Below are positions 11,061 through 19,185 of a DNA stretch of 64,000 bases, piece by piece. Position 1 is the stretch's first letter. Every line of letters begins with the position of its first letter. This DNA is from Armatimonadota bacterium (GTDB lineage Bacteria; Armatimonadota; SYMT01). Under the pieces are notes generated by a model. It had not been told where the DNA came from and did no database searches. It worked only from the letters and a program-made list of their open reading frames with translations. The stretch covers positions 1,559,199 to 1,623,198 of the forward strand of contig JAWLHY010000001.1 of assembly GCA_041690135.1 (NCBI GenBank). The letters are read 5' to 3'. The position numbers and the translations under genes were made by a program.

Positions 11061-12734
11061 GGTGAGCTGTTGGCCCCAACTCTCTTGTTCCGCCTGTACA
11101 CCGCTGTCGCGGCTGAAGATGTTGCCTACCCAGGCCAGGTCCGAACCCCAGGGGTCGAGCCGCGCCCAGGCGCTCTGCAGCAAGCCGGCCAGGTCAAGCC
11201 CCTGCAGCAGCGTGTCCTGCCAGATGACCCGCTGTCCCCATGCAAAGGTGAAGCCGGCGATAGTACTCCGCGGGACTACCGTGCTCTGCAGCCATTCAGC
11301 GCCCACGGTCGTGGTCGCTCCCGCCTGGCGCGCCACTTCCACCGCGCCTACGGCGTTCACGCTGCCCGCGCCCTGGGTGAGCAGGGAGAGCCCGGGCGAC
11401 AGAGGTTGCCCGCTCGCATCGCGGAGCGCCAGCGGCTGCGCGGTGTACATCAGGAGGGCCTTGGTCGCGTTGGGGGTCAGGCTCGGGTTGGCCTGGAGCA
11501 TCAAAGCGACTACGCCAGACACCTGGGCGGAGGCCATGCTCGTTCCCGACATCACCGCGTACGCCGCGGTACTCGACGTTCCCCCGTAGGCCGCCGGGGC
11601 GATGCGGTGTTGAGGATAGTTGCGGTCCGCCACCGAATCCGGCGCTCGCAGGGACACGATCCGGTTTCCCGGCGCCACGATGTCCGGCTTCGGCAGGTGA
11701 TCGACGTAGGTCGGGCCGCGGCTGCTGTAGGAGGCGACGGAATCGTCGCCGCGGAAACGTGTCTCGTGGGTGTTGGTCGCTCCGACCGTGATCGCCGTTG
11801 GTTCGATGCCGGGGCTCAGAATGCCCCCGTACTGCGGCTTTTCGTCGCTCCCCTTGCCGCCGTTGCCCGCGGAACAGACGACCACCAGTCCGTGGCTAAC
11901 AGCCTTTCGCACGGCTTTGCAGAGTGGGTCGTTCCGGTAACTCTCTCCGGGCCGGTGCCCGAGTGAAAGGTTGACCACCCGCAGGTTCAGGGCCTTCCGT
12001 TGTTGTACGCACCAGGTCAGTCCCTGGATGATCGTACTGACCTGCCCTTTGCACTCCTCGTCCAGCACCTTGACCGCCACGATCTCGGCGGACGGCGCGC
12101 TGCCCCGGAACTGACCGTTCGAAGCCGCGCCACTTCCGGCGACGATCCCCGCAACGTGCGTGCCGTGCCCGCTGTCGTCGTAAGGGGTCCTCCGGCCGTT
12201 GACCAGGTCCTTCCATGCGACCGTGCGGTTGCTCCCGGTTGTGCCGCTGAGATCGGCGGCCTGAGGGTGGAGACCGGTATCGAGGATGGCGACTCGGATG
12301 CCCCTGCCGGTCGCTCCGGGTTGTACCCACACCTGGTTGGCTCCCAGTGTCTCGGTATCCCGATCCCAGCGCGCTCCCACCTTTCGGTCCGGCGAGATCC
12401 ACGCGACCAGGGGGTCGAGGCTCAACAGGGGCAAAGTGGCCTGGGGAACGGAAAGGACGGTCGCATTGATCAACGGCAGGTCCCCCAGCCACTGCGCCCG
12501 ATAGGTGAGGGCGAGGAGGGAGCTGAGGATGCCGGTCCGGTTCAACTGCACGATCACGCGCACGGGACGCAGCGACAGCGGATCGCGTTGGACCTGCGCC
12601 TGCAGATCCGGGGAGAGCCCCCCGGCTGCGGCCGGCGTCGCTGGAAGGGTGCAGAGCAGAGACAACAGGCAAGCCACGAACCATCGCGTGCGGCAGAGTG
12701 CTGATCGCAACGTTTTACTCCTTCGGTCTTTCAT
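10731..12734 (-). CDS. Secreted S8 subtilisin-like (AprX-type) serine protease with a Trp-periodic segment and a Tyr/Asp/Glu/Pro repeat tail
   Basis: Signal peptide, prodomain, triad ILDTG / HGTHVAG / GTSMAS, and C-terminal [DE]PYY repeats. Confidence 0.92.
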   Translation of the reverse strand: MKDRRSKTLRSALCRTRWFVACLLSLLCTLPATPAAAGGLSPDLQAQVQRDPLSLRPVRVIVQLNRTGILSSLLALTYRAQWLGDLPLINATVLSVPQATLPLLSLDPLVAWISPDRKVGARWDRDTETLGANQVWVQPGATGRGIRVAILDTGLHPQAADLSGTTGSNRTVAWKDLVNGRRTPYDDSGHGTHVAGIVAGSGAASNGQFRGSAPSAEIVAVKVLDEECKGQVSTIIQGLTWCVQQRKALNLRVVNLSLGHRPGESYRNDPLCKAVRKAVSHGLVVVCSAGNGGKGSDEKPQYGGILSPGIEPTAITVGATNTHETRFRGDDSVASYSSRGPTYVDHLPKPDIVAPGNRIVSLRAPDSVADRNYPQHRIAPAAYGGTSSTAAYAVMSGTSMASAQVSGVVALMLQANPSLTPNATKALLMYTAQPLALRDASGQPLSPGLSLLTQGAGSVNAVGAVEVARQAGATTTVGAEWLQSTVVPRSTIAGFTFAWGQRVIWQDTLLQGLDLAGLLQSAWARLDPWGSDLAWVGNIFSRDSGVQAEQESWGQQLTWSDDPYYEYPPEEPPYDPGAEESYYPPDEYPDPESSPDETSGGPAGADPYEDPYSYDPYYYEPYSDPYYYEPYYYDPYYDPYYDETYYQEPYYDEPHPETSPYDSTAPY

Positions 12735-12898
12735 CCGAATACCTCGGCAACTTTCCGTGCTTCTGGCTCCTTCGTTGGGCGGACCCGTCCTGATTCGCCC
12801 TCCATCAAGCGGCGAAAGTGCCCTCGCCTGCTCGTTCTGGACGTCCGCATGGCACCCGCCACATTCGTCGAGAGTGGAAAGGATGGGCGCCTGGCTGC

Positions 12899-12940
12899 TA
12901 AAAACCGAAACGGCGGGTCCGCCTGGAGCGGACCCGCCGT
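12899..12940 (-). terminator. Intrinsic terminator-like hairpin in the leader of the S8 protease gene
   Basis: 13-bp perfect stem ACGGCGGGTCCGC/GCGGACCCGCCGT followed on the minus strand by TTCGGTTTTT. Confidence 0.6.
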
Positions 12941-13311
12941 GATTGAACGGGAAGGGTCTGGGTGCCGGGTGAACCCGGTGAGGTAAATTGCTTCGACGCG
13001 GACCATAACAGCGGGTGGCGGAATTGCGATCGCCGGTCCAGTTCACCCAAATTATCGGAGATTCCACAGAGGCGCTTCAGGACGGGCGGGAGTGTTTCCG
13101 CGCTTGCCCATCCGGTCTGAGGAGCCTGTTTCCGGACGCACGGCCGATGGGGCCGCTGGTGCCGATGGGAGAGCTTGCTGGTTCGACCGGAAAGAAACTG
13201 CGGATGTTCCCTGCTAAAGCAGATCCGGCAGGGGAGCCGCGCGCGGACGGCCAACGTATACCTATCAAGATGGGCAAGGCTGCTCGATATCGGAAAAGGA
13301 GTAAACAGGTT

Positions 13312-14022
13312 ATGTTGCGAAGGAACGCGGCCCTCGCGCTTCTTGCGGCCGGATCGGCGTTGCTGGGGGGGACTTCCGGCCAGGCTGCGCCGGCCAAGAA
13401 AGCGACGGCTAAGAAGGCCCCGGTGAAAAAAGCGACGGCCAAGAAGGCGCCGGTCAAAAAGGCCCCCGCAAAGCCTGCCGCCAAGACCGCTGCCGCGCCC
13501 GCCGCTGCCCCCAACGCGGCGATCACGGCTCTTGAAAAGTCCGGCGGACGGGTGATGGAAATCGCGCAGAATGACGACCGCCTGGAGGTGAGCCTCCATC
13601 TGGCCGGTGGCGCGGTGAACGATGCAACCCTGATGCCGCTGAAGTCGCTCAAAAAGGTGGTGCGGGTCAATCTGGCCAATACCGCCATTACGGATGCCGG
13701 CCTGGCCAACATCGCCGGTTTGAGCGACTTGAATAATCTCCATCTGGAGAACACCAAGATCACCGACGCCGGCCTGGCGCACCTCAAAAATCTCAAGAAG
13801 CTCGAGTACCTCAACATCTACGGCACGGGGGTTACGGACGCCGGCCTGGATCATCTCACCGGGCTGACCGGCCTGAAGCACCTCTACGTGTGGATGACTA
13901 AGGTCACCCCCGCTGGGGTGGAGAAACTCAAGAAGGCCTTGCCGGGCTGCGAAATCGTCACCGGTTTCGACGTGGCGCCCGCCCCGGCCACCGCTAATGC
14001 CGCCGCTCCCGAGAAGAAATAG
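13312..14022 (+). CDS. Secreted leucine-rich-repeat protein with a Lys/Ala/Pro-rich N-terminal repeat
   Basis: Signal peptide, KKATAKKAPV x2, and LxxLxLxNTxITDAGL repeats; AAAGGAG RBS. Confidence 0.85.
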   Translation: MLRRNAALALLAAGSALLGGTSGQAAPAKKATAKKAPVKKATAKKAPVKKAPAKPAAKTAAAPAAAPNAAITALEKSGGRVMEIAQNDDRLEVSLHLAGGAVNDATLMPLKSLKKVVRVNLANTAITDAGLANIAGLSDLNNLHLENTKITDAGLAHLKNLKKLEYLNIYGTGVTDAGLDHLTGLTGLKHLYVWMTKVTPAGVEKLKKALPGCEIVTGFDVAPAPATANAAAPEKK

Positions 14023-14241
14023 GCGGCGCCGGATCCGGTCCGTTCGGCCTCCAGAGGCCGAGGACCCATGGGTTTACGGGGAAGGGTGTGGGCCGCACCC
14101 TTCCCCGCTCTTTGTACGGTCTCCGGTTCAAAGCAGGACACTGCACCGGAGCCGGCGCGCCGCCTTCCCGTTTATCTTGCCGCTCGGTTCAGGAATAACC
14201 GGCTAGGGAAGACTGGAACCAACGGGAAGGCGAGGGGAAGT

Positions 14242-14973
14242 GTGAAGACGAGCAGGAGGGGCCTGCTGGCTTGCGTGCTGGCAGTGGGGCTATCCGCACA
14301 GCAACGGCCGGCGAGCGCACAGGAAGTCACCATCGACGGGGTCTCGTTCGCGGACCGTCCGGGGGTACTATTCGTACCCATCCGGGATGCGGCGGAGGCG
14401 TTGGGCTGGTCGGTCCGTTGGGACGCGCAGGAGGAACGGGCTTATCTCGAGGGGAAGCCCGTGCCGGACACAGAAAGCCGGCAACTGCCGGACAGCAGCA
14501 CCCTGCTACCGATCCGCGCGCTCGAAGGCTGGGGCGCGGAGGTCCGCTGGCACGCGGACCGGAACGCCGCGCGACTCCGGTACCAGGATCGCGAAGCCTG
14601 GGTGCGCTACGGCGAGAAACGAGTGGCGATCAACCGCGCAACCCAGCGAATGCGAGCCTGGCAGGGAGACCGGCTGGTCCTGGACACGCGAGTGAGCACG
14701 GGCCGCCGCGGGCACGGCACGCCCACCGGGCGTTTCACGGCGGGCCCCTATCGCGCCCGGATGCATTATTCCAGCCTGTACGACAATGCACCCATGCCCT
14801 GGAGTATCCAGGTAAGCGGGAATATCTTCATCCACGGCTTTCACAGTGTGCCGCCTCGGGCCGCCTCGCACGGCTGTATCCGCGTGCCGCTCTATGGCGG
14901 CAATCCCGCCCGCTGGCTGTACCGCTGGATGGATAACGGCACTCCAATCGTGATCGCGGACGGCTGGGCATAA
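14242..14973 (+). CDS. L,D-transpeptidase (YkuD) with an N-terminal copper-amine-oxidase-like stalk domain
   Basis: VSTGRRGHGTPTGRF and FIHG...ASHGCIRV; N-terminal VPIRDAAEALGWSVRWD. Start approximate. Confidence 0.88.
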   Translation: MKTSRRGLLACVLAVGLSAQQRPASAQEVTIDGVSFADRPGVLFVPIRDAAEALGWSVRWDAQEERAYLEGKPVPDTESRQLPDSSTLLPIRALEGWGAEVRWHADRNAARLRYQDREAWVRYGEKRVAINRATQRMRAWQGDRLVLDTRVSTGRRGHGTPTGRFTAGPYRARMHYSSLYDNAPMPWSIQVSGNIFIHGFHSVPPRAASHGCIRVPLYGGNPARWLYRWMDNGTPIVIADGWA

Positions 14974-15020
14974 TGTCCTGGGGGAACTCCGGAAAGGGAG
15001 GTCCCCCTGCGCGCGCCCCG

Positions 15021-15917
15021 TCAACCGCGTCGCGACCGCGACAGCCCTACCCCCAGGAGGGTCACCAGCGCCACACCGGCCAGCGTCAACGGAACGGGGT
15101 CGGGTCGTGGTGGCGGCAGCGAGACGATGCCGTGCTCATCCGTTTCCGCCGGATGCCCGACGTAGCGCCCCTGTCGCGGGACAGGAAACTGCTCTGCCAG
15201 TGCGGTGAGTTGGGCCGCCACCTCCGGTCCGCGCATCGGATGCCCGTGACCGGTAGCGGCCGTCCAGGGTTCCAACTCCGCGAGGCGCCGCACCGATTCC
15301 CGGGCCTGCGCCCAATCACAGGTGTAGTAGTTGGGGGGCCGGTAGATCGTCGGCTGCCCGGAAACCACCCCCCACGGCGAGTCCTGGTTCATCGTCACGA
15401 AGGCGTCTCCCGCAATGAGCGTGCGATCCTCGCGGCGGTAGAAGGAGACATGACCCGGTGAATGACCCGGCGTGGGCAGCCACTCCCAGCCCGAGAGACC
15501 GGGCACCTCGCCTTCCGGAAGTTCCGCCAGCCGCTCCGGTGCCGTGGGGGTTCCCGATGGAAAGAGCCGGGAGAGTTGCGCCATGAAGCCGCCGACCGTC
15601 GGGTCCGGAGGCGGGTACTTCGACTCCCCTGTTAGATAGGGGAATTCCAGGCGATGGGCATAGACCGGCACCTCCCACGCGCGCGCCAGCTCCGGCAGGG
15701 CGCCGGTATGGTCGAAGTGCCCGTGGGTCAAATGGATGGCGGTGGGTCGCGCTCCCGCGCCATACCGTGCTTCCGCCGCACTGCGGATCTTGCCCGCGTA
15801 TCCCGGCAGACCGGCATCAACGAGCGCCCAACTTCCGCCTCCCCCATCCAGGAGGTAAGCGTTGGTGATCGCCACGGGTATCCGGATCACTCCCGGCGCA
15901 ATCTCATGCGGGTCCAT
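15021..15917 (-). CDS. MBL-fold metallo-hydrolase with a C-terminal membrane anchor
   Basis: THGHFDH, PGHSPGH, AGDA and TGHG motifs. Confidence 0.9.
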   Translation of the reverse strand: MDPHEIAPGVIRIPVAITNAYLLDGGGGSWALVDAGLPGYAGKIRSAAEARYGAGARPTAIHLTHGHFDHTGALPELARAWEVPVYAHRLEFPYLTGESKYPPPDPTVGGFMAQLSRLFPSGTPTAPERLAELPEGEVPGLSGWEWLPTPGHSPGHVSFYRREDRTLIAGDAFVTMNQDSPWGVVSGQPTIYRPPNYYTCDWAQARESVRRLAELEPWTAATGHGHPMRGPEVAAQLTALAEQFPVPRQGRYVGHPAETDEHGIVSLPPPRPDPVPLTLAGVALVTLLGVGLSRSRRG

Positions 15918-15970
15918 TGCTACACCGTTTTCTTCCCATGCAAAGGCAGTCCACCCTACTGCGATGCGGT

Positions 15971-15996
15971 TTACCCGGTGCCAAGGAGCGCAAAAC
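15971..15996 (-). promoter_or_regulatory. SigB/SigF-type promoter
   Basis: GTTT-N16-GGGTAA upstream of the MBL gene. Confidence 0.5.
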
Positions 15997-16090
15997 TGCG
16001 TTTCCCCCTTTACTTTCGGGTCGCCGGGATAGATACTAAGCCTGCTGGCATACCGTCCTACCGGCGGCGAGGTTGAAGGTGTATCTGCGA

Positions 16091-16732
16091 ATGACAACGC
16101 TCCGTAGCAAGCAATGGGTGGGCGGAACGCTCCTGGCGCTGGTGATGGCGGGAACTCCGGCAGCAGCGCAGACCACCACGATCGACTTTGAAGCCGATAC
16201 CCCGGGACCCCTCCCCAACAGCTTTTTCAGCGTTCAGTCGGACAAGGTCTCGTTCAGCGACTCCGTGGGCGCCGATCTCGGGATCAGCACGTACGATGAG
16301 AGCAACGGTACGCGCGGACTCGGGGTCGGCGGCCGCGACACCAGCGGTCTCGTACTCAACTTCTCGGTAATCGTCAACGCGCTGAGCCTCTCGTTCGGGA
16401 ACGACAACGATTTCAACTCGAATACCGCCCGGCTCCGGGTGTTCCGCGATGGCACGGAGGTCGGGGTAAGGCGGCTTACCGTGAATGGAGACGACCTTGG
16501 CAACCAGACGATCGGAATCTCCGGGGTAAGCTTCAATCGCGCTATCTTCGATTACACCCACCTGGTGGGCGGAATTGAGACCGAAGGCAACCAGGAAGAG
16601 ATCGTGGACAACATCGTCTTCACCGAGGGGGAAGCCACCGTTCCGGAACCGGGATCCCTGGTACTCTTCCTTGCCGCCCTCGCGGGCCTATGGGTGACGC
16701 GGCGACGTCGCCCGTCCTCCCCCCAGCCGTAA
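16091..16732 (+). CDS. PEP-CTERM sorting-domain surface protein
   Basis: Signal peptide; C-terminal VPEPGSLVLFLAALAGLWVTRRRR. Confidence 0.9.
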   Translation: MTTLRSKQWVGGTLLALVMAGTPAAAQTTTIDFEADTPGPLPNSFFSVQSDKVSFSDSVGADLGISTYDESNGTRGLGVGGRDTSGLVLNFSVIVNALSLSFGNDNDFNSNTARLRVFRDGTEVGVRRLTVNGDDLGNQTIGISGVSFNRAIFDYTHLVGGIETEGNQEEIVDNIVFTEGEATVPEPGSLVLFLAALAGLWVTRRRRPSSPQP

Positions 16733-17253
16733 CCAATTCGGCACCCGCAGTTGTGTTTTCCTTGACTTCCGCCCCGAAGTGACGTCTATCACATCGGTAA
16801 GGGCTTGTTGTATTGGCAAGGGCACAACCTTATTTAGAGTGTCGTTAGCCCCCGATTTGCCGACCAGCACCGTCGCGCTTGCTGGCGGCGTGCAACAAGC
16901 CCCCTAACGTGTCGGTACGCTGAACACCCATTCGGCACTGCCGCACTCAGCATCCCGGAGCGGATAACCCTCACTCCGCTCCAGGCACCGGCCTACCACG
17001 GTCGGGACTTTGTTTACGGAGCGGGTGGATGTTTCGAACCGGCCGTACAGGAGTACCAGCGCACGCATCCGCCCACTCTCCATCGATGCACAACCAATCC
17101 CGTCACCGCTGAGCGCATACGGCACGGTTCAGTCGCGTTGAGGGTTGAGGCCACAAGCAAGAGGATAGAGTCATTAAACTTCGCAACCTCCGGCTCTGGG
17201 ATCGCCTGGGCTGGGCACTTACCAGTTGCTCCGAAGAATGGCGACGTGAATGG

Positions 17254-18075
17254 TTGGATCGTCGCCTCCAGGTCGAGAAGCTTTACGGTTGGATCTTCAT
17301 TCTGGGGGTCAATAACTCCGGTACCACCGTTCTCACCCGGCTGCTCCAGCAGCATCCGGAAATTCGCGGGCTTCCCCGGGAGGGGCAGATCCTCTCCAAC
17401 GCCTTTCCCAGGCCCCGCTACAATGGCGTGGGACGTCTCTGGAGTCTCCGTCCCGACCTGTTCCACTGGACCGAGGCGCACGACCCGGCGCCGGCAGCCC
17501 GTGTCCGGTACGACTGGCTTCCGCACTTTCCGCGGGGACGCGGCTTCCTTCTGGAAAAGAGCCCGCCGAACACGCTCCGCAGCCGCTGGCTTCAGCGGTA
17601 CTTCGCGCCGGCACACTTTCTGGGCATCGTGCGCAGTCCCTACGCCACCTGCGAAGGAATCCGGCGGCGCTCGGGCTGCGACCTCGCGGACGCCGCACGC
17701 CACTGGTCGACCAGCATGGAGATCATGCTGAGCGATGCGGAACACCTCGAGCGGTTTTACTGGTTCCGCTATGAGGACTTGACCGCAGAGCCCGACTGCT
17801 ACCTGGGGAGAATCGAGCAGTTCCTCGGGTTGGAGACGCCCTTCGATCGGGCTGGGGTCACCACGGTGAATGCCCACAGCATCGACGGGACGACGACGGG
17901 CCTCCGGAACATGAACCCCAAGAGCCTGGCACGTCTACAGCCGGATGACTTCGACACCATCAACCGGATCGCCGGCCCTACGATGGAGCGCCTTGGCTAC
18001 GAGCAACTCTACTCACCCGGTACGCCGGAGCGTCTGCGCCCGGTCGCAACGGCCCGGCAGGTGGTGCGCTCCTAA
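17254..18075 (+). CDS. Sulfotransferase family protein
   Basis: PAPS-binding GVNNSGTTVL, LEKSP, VRSPYA and RYEDL motifs. TTG start uncertain. Confidence 0.85.
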   Translation: MDRRLQVEKLYGWIFILGVNNSGTTVLTRLLQQHPEIRGLPREGQILSNAFPRPRYNGVGRLWSLRPDLFHWTEAHDPAPAARVRYDWLPHFPRGRGFLLEKSPPNTLRSRWLQRYFAPAHFLGIVRSPYATCEGIRRRSGCDLADAARHWSTSMEIMLSDAEHLERFYWFRYEDLTAEPDCYLGRIEQFLGLETPFDRAGVTTVNAHSIDGTTTGLRNMNPKSLARLQPDDFDTINRIAGPTMERLGYEQLYSPGTPERLRPVATARQVVRS

Positions 18076-18152
18076 AACCCCGCCCTTTTCCCTATCTCCA
18101 ATATCCTCGCACAGGCACGCTCCGAGGAGCGTGCCTGTGCTGCTTTCCAGTG

Positions 18153-18986
18153 CTACGACCAGGCGTCGTAGATCGTCTTGCTGGCCTGGCTGATGAACGC
18201 GGAGCCCTTGTTGTCGGCGGCGGAGACGGCGTCCCCGAAGTCTTTGGTCATCACGCAGATAGCCCAATCGGCCCGGGCCGTGTGGATCAGCCCGCCCTCG
18301 CACCGGACCCCCTGGAGGCCGCCGGTCTTGCTGGCCACCCAGATCTCCTGGGGTTTGCCGAATTCGAAGGCGTAAGGGTCGAACGGCAGATACTTCCGCA
18401 GCGGCTCGATGTACTTCTGGATCCGCATGATCTGGAGCATCTGCTCCACGAACCGCGGGGGCAGCAACTCGCCGCGGTGCAGGGCTGCCAGGAAGTCGCA
18501 GAAGTCCTGCGGGACGGTCACGGCCAGGTTGTCGTTCGACTGGCGGATCAGGTCGAAGTCGATCCTATTGCGGAGCTCGGTTCGCGCCATTCCCGCTTCA
18601 CGGGCGGCTGCATTGATCGCGTCTTTCCCCAGGCGGTCGATCAGCATGTTGGTGGCGGTGTTGTCGCTGATCGCCATCATCATCACCGCCACATCGCGCA
18701 GCGTCAGGTTGGCGCCCGCGTCGAAGTCGACCAGCAACCCCGATCCGAGGGTCCGGTCGGCCTGCCGCAGCGTCAATCGCTCCCCCATCTCCAACTGCCC
18801 GAGGGCGCACCGACGGATCAACTCGTACAGGATTACGATCTTGATCATGCTGGCGGTGGGAAAGCTCATGTCCGCATTGACCCGGATCTCCTCGCCCGAG
18901 GCGAGGTTCCGTGCGGCCACGCCGGCCGTGCCGGGAAACTCCGCGACCAGTTTTTCGATTTGTTTTTGAAGGGCGAGGTCAGGCAT
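18153..18986 (-). CDS. Serine hydrolase, class A beta-lactamase-related
   Basis: SMIK (SxxK), SDN and KTG motifs; no signal peptide. Confidence 0.88.
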   Translation of the reverse strand: MPDLALQKQIEKLVAEFPGTAGVAARNLASGEEIRVNADMSFPTASMIKIVILYELIRRCALGQLEMGERLTLRQADRTLGSGLLVDFDAGANLTLRDVAVMMMAISDNTATNMLIDRLGKDAINAAAREAGMARTELRNRIDFDLIRQSNDNLAVTVPQDFCDFLAALHRGELLPPRFVEQMLQIMRIQKYIEPLRKYLPFDPYAFEFGKPQEIWVASKTGGLQGVRCEGGLIHTARADWAICVMTKDFGDAVSAADNKGSAFISQASKTIYDAWS

Positions 18987-19185
18987 TGGGCATTCGCCTT
19001 TCAGGCTTTCAGGCGTACGACATTGGGCGCTGGGTCCCCCTTGGGGGCAAACATTGGGCATCCAGGTACGGGACCACCCCACGGACGGTAAGCATTCAGG
19101 GAAGTTGCCCATATATGGGTCAGCAGCCCCTGGTCAGAGAACTCGTCGCGAAATGCGACTCCTGATCTTAATCGTAATCCCAATC

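Noticed and set aside
10688-11101. Thr/Arg-rich N-terminal extension of the kinase in the ORF track
   Set aside because: It is an alternative frame of the protease Tyr tail; an RBS and ATG are present at 10687.
12940-13010. c-di-GMP riboswitch in the protease leader
   Set aside because: Only fragments (GAAGCAAT, GGCACC) resemble class II; the core consensus was not found.
15021-15917. Metallo-beta-lactamase resistance gene
   Set aside because: Generic HxHxDH hydrolase without a signal peptide; the fold alone does not imply resistance.
18153-18986. True class A beta-lactamase resistance gene
   Set aside because: It has no signal peptide and no ExxLN omega-loop motif, so it is better called a related serine hydrolase.
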